A DNA stretch of 32,000 bases from Candidatus Arthromitus sp. SFB-mouse-Japan (GCF_000270205.1 NC_015913.1:1380001-1412000), one strand, 5' to 3'; counted from the first letter of the stretch, positions 1 through 9,744 are shown. The notes: generated by a model not told the origin, from the sequence alone. A program made the numbers and translations.

Positions 1-173
1 CTATCTGTTTCATGTCTATATAATTTTATAATAACATCTTCCTGATTAACATTAATGAAACCTTTAAAATCTTCATTATAACTAATACCAATAACTGCTA
101 AAGGCAATAAAAAAAATACACACATAAAAATTAATAATAATAATGAAAACTTCTTTAAAATATATTTAATCAA
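1..173 (-). CDS. 5' end of a membrane-anchored protein, tentatively stage II sporulation protein D (SpoIID); continues past the window start
   Basis: Not in the ORF track because the start is not ATG. The reverse strand reads GAGG, 9 nt, TTG (173..171), then M-IKYILKKFSLLLLIFMCVFFLLPLAVIGISYNEDFKGFINVNQEDVIIKLYRHETD, which is an N-terminal signal-anchor helix. Its position directly downstream of murA matches the murAA-spoIID order in Bacillus and Clostridium. Only about 57 codons are visible. Confidence 0.35.
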   Translation of the reverse strand, partial: MIKYILKKFSLLLLIFMCVFFLLPLAVIGISYNEDFKGFINVNQEDVIIKLYRHETD

Positions 174-244
174 AACATTTTACCTCTACTAATCTTTAAT
201 ATATAATATTTTATTTATTAATATGTTATATATTCTTACAAAAT

Positions 245-274
245 AAAAAACATCCAAAATAATGGATGTTTTTT
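245..274 (-). terminator. Rho-independent terminator after murA
   Basis: Perfect inverted repeat AAAAAACATCCA (245..256) / TGGATGTTTTTT (263..274) with a 6-nt loop, 10 nt downstream of the murA stop. The A-run and T-run arms give a U-tract on either strand. Confidence 0.6.
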
Positions 275-283
275 ATTCTTAAT

Positions 284-1537
284 TTATATTCTATCTATAC
301 TAGCATTCAATTTTCTTAATTTATACTCTATTCCTGAATATCCTCTATCAATATGATATATATCGGTAATCTCACTTTCACCATCACAAGATAGTGCTGA
401 AAGTATAAGTGCAGCTCCAGCTCTTAAGTCTGTAGCCTTTACAGTCGATGATATTAGTTTACTCACACCTTCTATTATAGCAACTCGATCATATATAGAA
501 ATATTAGCTCCCATTCTACACAATTCCATAACATGCATAAACCTATTTTCAAAAATAGTTTCAGTAATAGTACTAACACCATTTGTAACCGATAATAATG
601 CCATCAATTGTGGTTGCATATCAGTAGGAAAACCAGGATGAGGTAAAGTTTTTAAATTAATAGCTCTTAAATCAACATTACCATTTACAAAAATTTCATT
701 CCCATCAATATTCATATCAAGTCCCATCTCATAAAATTTAGATAAAATCGGATTTAAATATTCCTCATTTATCCCCCTCACCTTAAATCTACTCTTAGTA
801 ATAGCTGCAAGTGCTATATAAGTTCCAGCTTCTATCCTATCATAAATAGGAATATGCCTAGTACCTCTCAAATTTTTGACGCCATTTATAATTATTTTAG
901 ATGTCCCTGCGCCTTCTATATCTCCACCCATACCATTTATAAATACTACCAAATCTACTATTTCAGGTTCTTTAGCTGCATTCTCTATTATAGTTCTTCC
1001 TTCAGCCAATGTAGCAGCCATAATTAAATTCTCAGTAGCTCCTACTGAAGGAAAATCTAAATATATTTTAGATCCAAGTAATTTTTTTGCCGTAATTTCA
1101 ACACATCCATTCACAATTGAAACATTTGCTCCTAAAGTTGATAATCCTTTCAAATGCAAATCAATTGGTCTAAGACCTATATTACATCCTCCTGGCATAT
1201 AAATACAAGCTTTACCAAATCTAGATATTAAAGGTCCTAATACTAAAAATGAAGCTCTCATCTTCCTTACTAAATTCTCAGATAAATCAAGTGGAAGCAT
1301 ATTCTTACTATTTATACTAAGAGTACTATCTATCTCATTTATATCTACCTTTACTTTCAAACTCCTTAGTACATCACATATAACAAAAACATCATCAAGC
1401 ATAGGTATGTTTTCAATTATACATTCATCATCACATAGTATTGTGGCCGCTATTATAGGTAATACAGAATTTTTAGCCGAACTAACCTCAATCTCACCGT
1501 TAAGCGTCCTACCGCCTCTAATTCTAAATCTTTGCAT
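284..1537 (-). CDS. murA: UDP-N-acetylglucosamine 1-carboxyvinyltransferase (MurA)
   Basis: 417 aa. The N-terminus RIRGGRTLNGEIEVSSAKNSVLPI is typical of MurA, and the active-site Cys loop PGGCNIGLRPIDLH is present. SD GGAGGAG lies 8 nt upstream of the ATG. Confidence 0.95.
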   Translation of the reverse strand: MQRFRIRGGRTLNGEIEVSSAKNSVLPIIAATILCDDECIIENIPMLDDVFVICDVLRSLKVKVDINEIDSTLSINSKNMLPLDLSENLVRKMRASFLVLGPLISRFGKACIYMPGGCNIGLRPIDLHLKGLSTLGANVSIVNGCVEITAKKLLGSKIYLDFPSVGATENLIMAATLAEGRTIIENAAKEPEIVDLVVFINGMGGDIEGAGTSKIIINGVKNLRGTRHIPIYDRIEAGTYIALAAITKSRFKVRGINEEYLNPILSKFYEMGLDMNIDGNEIFVNGNVDLRAINLKTLPHPGFPTDMQPQLMALLSVTNGVSTITETIFENRFMHVMELCRMGANISIYDRVAIIEGVSKLISSTVKATDLRAGAALILSALSCDGESEITDIYHIDRGYSGIEYKLRKLNASIDRI

Positions 1538-1629
1538 GCTAGCCGCTCCTCCAAATATTAATTTATCTTAGATTAAATAAAACCACATTATATTATACGG
1601 TACCAATATACAAAGTTAATTATAATTTT

Positions 1630-2742
1630 TTAATTATTACCTAAATAGTTTTTTTCTAGTATGCTAACTATCCTTTTTGATGTATTCCCATCTCCATAAA
1701 CATTACTTATCACCTTATCCTCAATTCCATTATCTATCAATTCTTTTGCAAATTTATATATTCTATCTCTATCCGTTCCAACTAATTTTATCATCCCTTC
1801 TTCTATCATCTCTTCCCTCTCAGTCTCATTTCTTAAAACCAAAACAACTTTACCCAAATGAGGAGCCTCCTCCTGTATACCACCTGAATCAGTCATAACA
1901 AAAAAACACCTAGATAATAAATTATGTGAATCGTATATATCTATAGGATCTAATATATATACATTTGATATGCCATTTAAAATAGAATTTACTGTATCCC
2001 TAACTATAGGATTTAAATGCGTTAAAAATACAATTTTTATATCCTCATATTCCTCTGATATTTTTTTTACAACATTACAAATATTTATTATAGGTTTTCC
2101 CCAACTCTCTCTCCTATGTGCTGTAACTACAATTACTTTACGTGAAAAATCCATATCTCTTAATATTTTGTTTCTAAATATATAATTATTACTTATTGTA
2201 TATTTCATTGTATCTATAACTGTATTACCTACAACATATATATTCTTTTCATTTACACCTTCTTTTAAAAGGTTATTTTTAGATAAATTAGTAGGTGCAA
2301 AATGATACTTTGCCAATACTCCAGTTAATTTTCTATTTGCTTCCTCTGGAAATGGAAAATATAAATCATTACTTCTTAATCCTGCTTCAACATGCCCTAT
2401 ATCAATCTTTTGATAAAACGCTCCTAAACTAGAACAAAAAGTTGTGGTTGTATCACCATGTACAAGCACAACTTTAGGTTTCTCTTCTAAATATATTTTT
2501 TCAAGATTTATCATTATTGATGTAGTTAAAGTTGTTAATGTCTGCTTTTCTCTCATGAGGTTCAAATCATAATCCGGTATTATATTGAACTTATTTAATA
2601 CATCATCTAACATTTCTCTATGCTGAGCGGTCACACATACAATATTTTCAAAATTCTTATTATTCTGTAGCTCCTTTATAAGCGGAACCATTTTAATTGC
2701 TTCTGGTCTTGTTCCAAAAACACTAATAACTTTTATACTCAT
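1630..2742 (-). CDS. wecB: UDP-N-acetylglucosamine 2-epimerase (non-hydrolysing, WecB/MnaA)
   Basis: 370 aa with the FGTRPEAIKM N-terminal motif and DSGGIQEEA near the C-terminus. SD GAAGGAG. Confidence 0.92.
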   Translation of the reverse strand: MSIKVISVFGTRPEAIKMVPLIKELQNNKNFENIVCVTAQHREMLDDVLNKFNIIPDYDLNLMREKQTLTTLTTSIMINLEKIYLEEKPKVVLVHGDTTTTFCSSLGAFYQKIDIGHVEAGLRSNDLYFPFPEEANRKLTGVLAKYHFAPTNLSKNNLLKEGVNEKNIYVVGNTVIDTMKYTISNNYIFRNKILRDMDFSRKVIVVTAHRRESWGKPIINICNVVKKISEEYEDIKIVFLTHLNPIVRDTVNSILNGISNVYILDPIDIYDSHNLLSRCFFVMTDSGGIQEEAPHLGKVVLVLRNETEREEMIEEGMIKLVGTDRDRIYKFAKELIDNGIEDKVISNVYGDGNTSKRIVSILEKNYLGNN

Positions 2743-2768
2743 AATATCTCCTTCAAAATATAAATTAA

Positions 2769-3794
2769 TTATTCATCCTTCTTCAGTTGAAAAATATCAA
2801 GCTTAACCATTAAATAAATAACATAAATTACACTAATAATTAACAGAAATAAGAAATTGATCCTATTTGATATGACCATGAAAATAGCTATTACACTAAA
2901 TATAATCTCAATAAAATACATAATAATAACTGCCTTAGGATGCGAATTACCCAATCTTATTAACTTATGATGTACATGACCCTTATCAGCCTGCATTATA
3001 GGTAAATTTTTCAATTTACGTCGTATTATTGAAGTTATAGTATCAAATAATGGTACCCCACAAATAATCATTGGAATCAAAATAATAAACTCTCCATTTA
3101 TGGTATTACTTCCATCTATTAAAATAACAGACAAAATAAACCCAATAAATTGAGCTCCAGAATCACCTATAAATATCTTGGCTTTATAAAAATTATAAGG
3201 AAGTATACCAATTAGCGTACCACATAAAACAGATGATATAATAGCACTAGATAAATTCCCAGATATCACACTTATTATAAAAATAGTTATAAACACTATA
3301 AGTGAAATACCTGCAGCTAAACCATCTAACCCATCTATCAAATTAAATGCATTAGTAAGCACTATTACCCATATAAACATCAAGGGTATTCCTAAAAAAT
3401 CTAATGAATATGTACTACCCCCAGGTATAAACGTTATATCCTTTATATAAATATCATTAAATACCAAAATACTAATAGCAATAATCTGAATAATCAGCTT
3501 TTCTTTTGGTTTAATAGGATATATATCATCGATTATACCCCCAATTAAAATAATAGTTGAACTAACTATTATCCTAAAATGATTATTATCAATAAATGAA
3601 TTTTGCAAAGTTAGTGTTATAAGAAATGATATATATATAATTATTCCACCCAAAAAAGGCATTGGCGTTCCATGAACCTTTCTCGTTTCCCTAGGAATAT
3701 CTAAAAACTCAAATTTAAAGGAAATATTCATAAATAATGGCGTCAAAAACAACGATATCATCATACTAAAAATAAATAATGTTATATATTTCAT
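2769..3794 (-). CDS. tagO: Polyprenyl-phosphate N-acetylhexosamine-1-phosphate transferase (MraY/WecA family, TagO-like)
   Basis: 341 aa polytopic membrane protein with the NLIDGLDGLA motif of the GT4 MraY/WecA family. Adjacent to wecB. Confidence 0.85.
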   Translation of the reverse strand: MKYITLFIFSMMISLFLTPLFMNISFKFEFLDIPRETRKVHGTPMPFLGGIIIYISFLITLTLQNSFIDNNHFRIIVSSTIILIGGIIDDIYPIKPKEKLIIQIIAISILVFNDIYIKDITFIPGGSTYSLDFLGIPLMFIWVIVLTNAFNLIDGLDGLAAGISLIVFITIFIISVISGNLSSAIISSVLCGTLIGILPYNFYKAKIFIGDSGAQFIGFILSVILIDGSNTINGEFIILIPMIICGVPLFDTITSIIRRKLKNLPIMQADKGHVHHKLIRLGNSHPKAVIIMYFIEIIFSVIAIFMVISNRINFLFLLIISVIYVIYLMVKLDIFQLKKDE

Positions 3795-3875
3795 AAAATC
3801 ATCCTAAATATCTCATTTTAAATATGTACTTATAATTTCCAATAAATTCAAAAATTATTCTGATACGTATTAAAT

Positions 3876-4505
3876 CTAATGCGTTCCAAATATCCTATCA
3901 CCAGCATCTCCTAATCCAGGAACTATGTATCCCTTTTCATTTAACTTATCATCAATAGCTGCTGTATATATATTAATGTCATCAAATTTAGTTGTTATTT
4001 TATTCAAACCCTCTGGAGATGAAATTAATGATAAAACATTTATATCCTTAACTCCCTTTGCTTTTAAAATATTTATAGAGTCAATTATAGATCCTCCAGT
4101 CGCAATCATTGGATCTAATAACATAACTTTTGTATTCTCAATTCCACTTGGTAGTTTAGAAAAATACTCTACAATTTCAAGTGTATTTTCATCTCTATAA
4201 AGTCCGATATGTCCTACTTTAGCACTAGGTATAACTTCTAAAATCCCATTTAACATTCCAAGACCTGCTCTTAAAATAACCACAAATGTTATATTTTCTT
4301 CCTCTATCATTTTACCTGACGTAAATGTTATTGGTGTTTCAATCCCTTTATCCAACATTTTAATATCTTTAAGTGCCTCATAACCTAAAAATACCCCAAT
4401 TTCATCACATAATTTCCTAAAATCACATGTACGTGTCTCTTTACTTCTTAACTGTGTTAACTTATGCTGTATTATCGGATGCTTTATTTCAAAAACATTT
4501 TTCAT
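3876..4505 (-). CDS. upp: Uracil phosphoribosyltransferase
   Basis: PRPP-binding motif LLDPMIATGGS and C-terminal YIVPGLGDAGDR. I moved the start to the second Met (4505): GGAGGA lies 6 nt upstream, and the upstream gene's stop is 1 nt before it. The track start at 4523 would overlap that gene. Confidence 0.95.
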   Translation of the reverse strand: MKNVFEIKHPIIQHKLTQLRSKETRTCDFRKLCDEIGVFLGYEALKDIKMLDKGIETPITFTSGKMIEEENITFVVILRAGLGMLNGILEVIPSAKVGHIGLYRDENTLEIVEYFSKLPSGIENTKVMLLDPMIATGGSIIDSINILKAKGVKDINVLSLISSPEGLNKITTKFDDINIYTAAIDDKLNEKGYIVPGLGDAGDRIFGTH

Positions 4506-4506
4506 T

Positions 4507-4983
4507 TTATCCTCCAAATTCATTTAATTTATCTAATACTTTGTTTAATAAATAATCAAGTTTAAGTAATGTAGCCCTATATATCTCTATATCACCCATG
4601 TAAGGATCAACTATATCACAACATTCATCAACAAATTCCGAAATTGTAAATAATTTATTATCCTTTACACAAAAATTGCTTTCTATAAACTTTTTATGAT
4701 CTCTTGTAACTGCTAAAATAATATCACAATTATCTATAATTTTACTATCTAATAATTTACTTTTTCTATTACTATCAAATTTCTTATTATAAAATTCTTC
4801 TAAAACCTTATTGGCATTAGATGAAATATAAGTTGATTCATCTGCCATAATACCTGCAGATTCAATTCTAAATGATTTCAAATCATTTTCACCAAATCTA
4901 TCCATAATTTTTTCTCTAAGGATAATTTCAGCCATAATACTTCTACAAGTATTTCCAGTACAAACAAATAATATATTCATCAA
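4507..4983 (-). CDS. ywlE: Low-molecular-weight protein phosphatase (LMW-PTP / YwlE-type arginine phosphatase family)
   Basis: 158 aa with the P-loop CTGNTCRS (CX5R-S) at the N-terminus and a DP loop (IVDPYMG). The sua5-ywlE-upp synteny matches B. subtilis ywlC-ywlE...upp. Confidence 0.85.
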   Translation of the reverse strand: MMNILFVCTGNTCRSIMAEIILREKIMDRFGENDLKSFRIESAGIMADESTYISSNANKVLEEFYNKKFDSNRKSKLLDSKIIDNCDIILAVTRDHKKFIESNFCVKDNKLFTISEFVDECCDIVDPYMGDIEIYRATLLKLDYLLNKVLDKLNEFGG

Positions 4984-4992
4984 ATACCACCC

Positions 4993-6039
4993 CTACAAAG
5001 TAATTAACCTATGTCCAGCCGCCTTAAGAAGTCTATTCATAATAGCATTAGAAAAATCATCGCATAAACATTCACTAACTATAAAGTCACATTCTAAATC
5101 ATCAAACTTCCTTATACTCTCAAATAAATTCCTACTTAATTCTAAATAACTATCTCTACTTCCAACAACTACAACTTTAAGAATATAATTTAATGTTTTA
5201 TTTAATTCATCATAAAATTTATAATTTTCTCTTAAACACAGAACACCTATAATCTTATAAGAATTTACTCTCTCTTTTATATACTTACCTATACTATTTA
5301 AATCTGATTTTAGAATAATCATCTCTCCCTTAGGTGCATAATGCCTATACTTCAATCCTGGAGATATAGGTTTATCCTTAATAAATTTATCATTAATTTT
5401 ACCATATAATTTTGCATTAGGTATAACATCTTTTATATCATTAATTGTAACATATCCTGGTCTTAAAACTACAGCCTCATCATTAACCATACTAATAACA
5501 GTAGATTCAAGTCCTATATAACTTTGCATACCATCTATAATAAAACTAACCTTTCCATTCAAATCATCAAAACATCTTTTTGCACTAGTTCCACTAGGTT
5601 TCCCAGAAATATTTGCAGATGGTGCTGCAATTGGAAATCCACTTTTCTCAATTAAATCAAGTGCAATTTGATGATTTGGCATCCTAAGCGCTACAGTATC
5701 AAGTCCTCCAGTAGTTTCATAGGGCATTATTTCCTTTTTTTCTAAAATTATAGTTAATGGTCCCGGCCAAAATTTATCTATAAGTTTATACGCACCATAT
5801 CCTATATTCTTTGCATACCTTGAAATCTCCTTATCTGCTATATGTACAATCAAAGGATTATCTCTTTCCCTACGCTTAATGTCAAATATTTTTAATACTG
5901 CATTTTTATCTAATGCATTAGCTCCAATCCCATATACAGTTTCTGTTGGAAATACAATAATCTCACTATTCCTTAAAGCTTCTATGCATAAATTGTATTC
6001 CTTCTTATCATTATAAAAATCTACAATCTTAGTTTCCAT
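4993..6039 (-). CDS. tsaC: L-threonylcarbamoyladenylate synthase (Sua5/YwlC type, YrdC domain plus Sua5 C-terminal domain)
   Basis: YrdC-domain motif FPTETVYGIGANA, and a length consistent with the two-domain Sua5 form. I placed the start at METKIV (6039, GGGTG 5 nt upstream) because the track ATG at 6075 lies inside the stem of the 6065..6098 hairpin. Confidence 0.88.
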   Translation of the reverse strand: METKIVDFYNDKKEYNLCIEALRNSEIIVFPTETVYGIGANALDKNAVLKIFDIKRRERDNPLIVHIADKEISRYAKNIGYGAYKLIDKFWPGPLTIILEKKEIMPYETTGGLDTVALRMPNHQIALDLIEKSGFPIAAPSANISGKPSGTSAKRCFDDLNGKVSFIIDGMQSYIGLESTVISMVNDEAVVLRPGYVTINDIKDVIPNAKLYGKINDKFIKDKPISPGLKYRHYAPKGEMIILKSDLNSIGKYIKERVNSYKIIGVLCLRENYKFYDELNKTLNYILKVVVVGSRDSYLELSRNLFESIRKFDDLECDFIVSECLCDDFSNAIMNRLLKAAGHRLITL

Positions 6040-6064
6040 ACAAACACCCATATATGTATATGAA

Positions 6065-6098
6065 TTTATCGCCATAAGAAAAATCTTATGGCGATAAA
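6065..6098 (-). terminator. Stable hairpin between prfA and sua5 (partial terminator, attenuator or processing site)
   Basis: 14-bp perfect stem TTTATCGCCATAAG / CTTATGGCGATAAA with a 6-nt loop, comparatively GC-rich for this genome, starting 8 nt after the prfA stop. On the minus strand it is followed by TTCATATAC, which is a poor U-tract. Confidence 0.4.
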
Positions 6099-6106
6099 TT
6101 CAAATA

Positions 6107-7183
6107 CTATATACTTTCTCCCATTTGCTTCATTTTTTCTGATTGATCCTCTGTTATAAGTCCTTCAATTATTTCATCAATATATCCATCCATAAAACTA
6201 TCTAACTTATAAATTGTTAACCCTATTCTATGATCGGTAACCCTACCTTGTGGATAATTATATGTCCTTATCCTCTCACTACGATCTCCAGATCCAACCT
6301 GACTTTTCCTATCTTCAGCAATAAGCTTTAATCTCTCTTGCTCCGCAATTTCAAATAATCTAGCTCTTAAAAGTTTCATTGCCTTTTCTTTGTTTTTTAA
6401 TTGAGATTTTTCATCCTGACATGATATAACTATTCCACTTGGAATATGAGTAATCCTAACAGCTGAATCTGTCGTATTTACTGACTGACCACCATTACCA
6501 GATGATCTAAATACGTCTATCCTCAAATCATTTTGATTTATTTCAACATCAACATCATCAACCTCAGGTAAAACTGCAACTGTTGCAGCTGATGTATGTA
6601 TTCTACCAGAAGCTTCAGTATCAGGTACCCTCTGAACTCTATGTACTCCACTCTCATATTTAAGCTTACTATAGGCCCCACTACCTTTGATCATAAATAC
6701 AACTTCCTTAAATCCACCTATATCAGTATCATTTACACTTATCATTTCTATTTTCCAACGTTTATTTTCTACATATTTAGAATACATCCTAAATAAATTC
6801 GCAGCAAATAGAGCAGCTTCATCCCCTCCAGTACCTGCTCTTATCTCAACGAACACATTTTTTTCATCATTTGGATCTTTAGGGAGAAGTAAAATTTTCA
6901 ACTCATTTTCAATAGTTATCTTATTATTTTGCAATTCTTTAATCTCTTCCTGAGCAAGTTCTCGAAACTCTTTGTCTTCTTCATCATCTAACATTTCTTT
7001 ACTATACTCTATATCATCCAAAACTTTTTTATACTCTCTATACTTTAATGTAATAACCTCAAGTTCCGAATGATCTTTACAAAGCTTTTGCCATTCTTTC
7101 TGATTAGACATAACCTCGGGATCGCTTATTTTGATAGACAATTCTTCATATTTTTGCTCTAAAAAATCTAACCTTTGAAGCAT
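6107..7183 (-). CDS. prfA: Peptide chain release factor 1
   Basis: 358 aa with the GGQ motif ([12 protein letters not shown]) and an RF1-type PxT tripeptide region ([14 protein letters not shown]). Confidence 0.96.
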   Translation of the reverse strand: MLQRLDFLEQKYEELSIKISDPEVMSNQKEWQKLCKDHSELEVITLKYREYKKVLDDIEYSKEMLDDEEDKEFRELAQEEIKELQNNKITIENELKILLLPKDPNDEKNVFVEIRAGTGGDEAALFAANLFRMYSKYVENKRWKIEMISVNDTDIGGFKEVVFMIKGSGAYSKLKYESGVHRVQRVPDTEASGRIHTSAATVAVLPEVDDVDVEINQNDLRIDVFRSSGNGGQSVNTTDSAVRITHIPSGIVISCQDEKSQLKNKEKAMKLLRARLFEIAEQERLKLIAEDRKSQVGSGDRSERIRTYNYPQGRVTDHRIGLTIYKLDSFMDGYIDEIIEGLITEDQSEKMKQMGESI

Positions 7184-7234
7184 TTAACTTTCAACTCCAT
7201 GATCTTTATTTCATCTAGTTAATTATTATAAGTT

Positions 7235-7263
7235 TTATTTGTATAAATTTCAACAATAAATGA
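7235..7263 (-). promoter_or_regulatory. Candidate sigma-A promoter upstream of prfA
   Basis: The minus strand reads TTGAAA (7263..7258), a 17-nt spacer, then TATAAT (7240..7235), about 50 nt upstream of the prfA ATG. It fits the consensus, but AT-rich DNA produces such matches by chance. Confidence 0.4.
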
Positions 7264-7273
7264 TATTATAACC

Positions 7274-9007
7274 CTACTCAATTTTAGATTTATAATATCC
7301 AATTATAACCCTATCATGCTCATTAATATCTTTATAAATATCTATATTTACAAAATTATTATTAGTCATTATATACATAATATCAAACGCCTTATTATAT
7401 GGTATTTCAAATGCAATAAATCCATTATCAACCAAAACTTCCTTAGCTTGCTCACAAATTTTTCTATAATACGATAAACCATCATCACCACCATCTAAAG
7501 CTTCATGAGGTTCATAATCCTTAACATCCTTCATTAAATTCTTTATATCTTTACTTTTTATATATGGAGGATTTGACACTATACCATCAAGCTCTAATCC
7601 ATTTTTTATAAAAAATTCTAACAAATCACTCTTAACAACATAGCTCCTATCCTTCAAATCATGTATATATATATTTTCCTCAGTAACTTTTAGAGGAATT
7701 TCGTAATTATCTACGTATGTACAATTCACATTCTTATTATTTTTTTGTATAGATATCCCAATAGCACCACTCCCTGAACACAAATCACATATACTTAAAC
7801 AATTCTCATTATTATTTAAAATTTCTAAAACTTTATCTACAAGTATTTCGCTGTCAGTTCTAGGAATTAAAACACCCTCTTTAACTATGAAATCTATTCC
7901 ATAAAATTCTTTCTTTCCTACCATATAAGCAATTGGTTTCCCATTTTTTCTTTGATCAATTAAATCTAAATATTTCTTCTCATCTTCCTTAGAAACCTCA
8001 ACCTCACTCGTAAATACTTGTGTTGGCGTAATACGCAAACAATATTCAATTATTAATCTAGAATCTAATGAATAAGACTCTATATTCGCATCTCTTAATA
8101 TCGATCTACCCATCAAAAACAATTCTTTTATAGTATTTTTCACTTTTATACCTTCTGATATTTTCAATGCAATAATTGCAACTTCTATCTCATCATCTTT
8201 AGGTTCCTTAGTCGTAAATTGTTGAATAAGCTTTGAAATACTAAAAAGCATAGATGAAAAAATACTTTCGCTTCTTTCCATATAATCTAATATTTCATAA
8301 GATATCCCAATTACAATTGGAAAAATTATTAATTCTATCAATATATTAATTAAAAAATTATATCTCGGTATAATAAAAAACAACATTAAATAACAAATCA
8401 ATATGTAAATTATAAAATTAGTTCCACATCTCTTATGAAATCTTGATGATTTTTTTACATTTTCTACAGTTAATTCACCCTTACTTTCATAACAATTAAT
8501 AACCTTATGCTCAGCCCCATGATATCTCAAAATTTTAGATAATTCAGAGCTTGATGATATTCCCATAATATACGCAAATATCAAAATCAATCTAATTATA
8601 AATTTAATAAAAGATATCAATTGAATATTTTTAATAGATGGAATTATAAATACAATAAATTCAGGCAAAATAAAAAAAATAAACATCAAAAATATACTGC
8701 TTAAAACAAACATTAATACTCTATTTCTTGTAATTACCTTTATAAAACTATTGGAAATATTAGATTTACCATTTTCACTACTAATCTCCCATAAATTTAA
8801 ATTTTTCACACTATCTCTTATAGTATTTATAAAATTAATCATACCTCTGATAATAAATATTTTTTCAATACCAGAAGGTTCTACAATACGTTTTTCTCTA
8901 GTTTCTATATCTATTCTCCCGCTTAATTTCCTTCGAACAATTGCACTACATTTTCTTCCAATCATGATTATTCCGTCTATAAGTGCTTGTCCTCCCAATC
9001 TTTTCAA
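7274..9007 (-). CDS. prmC: Fusion protein: N-terminal DUF1385 (YqhQ-like) membrane domain plus C-terminal release-factor glutamine methyltransferase PrmC/HemK
   Basis: Single 577-codon frame with a TTG start at 9007 (GGGGTG 6 nt upstream). The N-terminal half has GGQALIDGIIM, several TM helices and YHGAEHK, which are DUF1385 hallmarks. The C-terminal half has the SAM motif DLCSGSGAIG and the catalytic NPPY (VSNPPYIKS). It lies immediately upstream of prfA. Confidence 0.8.
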   Translation of the reverse strand: MKRLGGQALIDGIIMIGRKCSAIVRRKLSGRIDIETREKRIVEPSGIEKIFIIRGMINFINTIRDSVKNLNLWEISSENGKSNISNSFIKVITRNRVLMFVLSSIFLMFIFFILPEFIVFIIPSIKNIQLISFIKFIIRLILIFAYIMGISSSSELSKILRYHGAEHKVINCYESKGELTVENVKKSSRFHKRCGTNFIIYILICYLMLFFIIPRYNFLINILIELIIFPIVIGISYEILDYMERSESIFSSMLFSISKLIQQFTTKEPKDDEIEVAIIALKISEGIKVKNTIKELFLMGRSILRDANIESYSLDSRLIIEYCLRITPTQVFTSEVEVSKEDEKKYLDLIDQRKNGKPIAYMVGKKEFYGIDFIVKEGVLIPRTDSEILVDKVLEILNNNENCLSICDLCSGSGAIGISIQKNNKNVNCTYVDNYEIPLKVTEENIYIHDLKDRSYVVKSDLLEFFIKNGLELDGIVSNPPYIKSKDIKNLMKDVKDYEPHEALDGGDDGLSYYRKICEQAKEVLVDNGFIAFEIPYNKAFDIMYIMTNNNFVNIDIYKDINEHDRVIIGYYKSKIE

Positions 9008-9040
9008 CTGTCACACCCCAAACTTTCAACAATATTAATA

Positions 9041-9625
9041 TTATATATCATAAACTTCTCTTCTTTTAATAAAACACTTACCACACAATGGTTCATAAGT
9101 CACATCTTTTTCACCATCTATCGCACACTGATCTCCTGAAAAAACAAACTTTCCGTTAATTTTTCTTCCATTAGTTATAGCCTTTTTCCCACATTGACAT
9201 ATTGTTTTGAGTTCCTCTATAGAGTGAGCTATAAGTAATAATCTTTCACTACCTTCAAACCCATTCATCAAAAAATCCGTTCTAAGTCCATAACAAATAA
9301 CTGGTATATCCCAAATAATACTTATCTCAAATAATTCATCAATCTGGAATTTCTTCAAAAATTGAACTTCATCTAAAATAATACAATCAACATTATCTCT
9401 AAATGGTTTCAATAAATTCTTTAAACTCTCTGTCTGTGAAATTAAAAAATCAACCTCTCTATCTATTCCAAGACGAGATACAACTTTGTTATCTCCCTTT
9501 GTATCAATGCTCGGTTTTAACAATAAAACTTTCATTCCTTTTTCTTCATAATTATGTGCTACTTGAAGCATAGCTGTAGTTTTTCCTGAATTCATTGCAC
9601 CGTACCTAAAATATAATTTCGCCAT
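9041..9625 (-). CDS. tdk: Thymidine kinase
   Basis: 194 aa with P-loop GAMNSGKT and C-terminal Zn-ribbon cysteines (CQCG ... CGKC). Confidence 0.95.
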   Translation of the reverse strand: MAKLYFRYGAMNSGKTTAMLQVAHNYEEKGMKVLLLKPSIDTKGDNKVVSRLGIDREVDFLISQTESLKNLLKPFRDNVDCIILDEVQFLKKFQIDELFEISIIWDIPVICYGLRTDFLMNGFEGSERLLLIAHSIEELKTICQCGKKAITNGRKINGKFVFSGDQCAIDGEKDVTYEPLCGKCFIKRREVYDI

Positions 9626-9744
9626 AATTCATACATCCCCTCCTATAATGTTAATTATACGTACAAATCAAAATATTTAAAGAATAATTTTAAATAAATA
9701 TTTAAATAAGAATACCTGCTCATATAAAATTACTTTTGCTCTTA

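Noticed and set aside
876-1202. Antisense and overlapping ORFs from the six-frame track: 876..1202, 1677..1898, 1970..2185, 3925..4200, 6596..6796, 6687..6953, 8751..9038, 9906..10094, 9913..10158, 12104..12313, 14268..14459, 26853..27215, 28982..29224 and 30080..30406.
   Set aside because: Each lies wholly or largely inside or opposite a strongly supported conserved gene (murA, wecB, upp, prfA, prmC fusion, rpmE/rho, pyrG, ugtP-like, fabI, GT4, trxB). Their translations are low-complexity I/F/L/S/P-rich strings typical of shadow frames in AT-rich DNA. None has a convincing SD.
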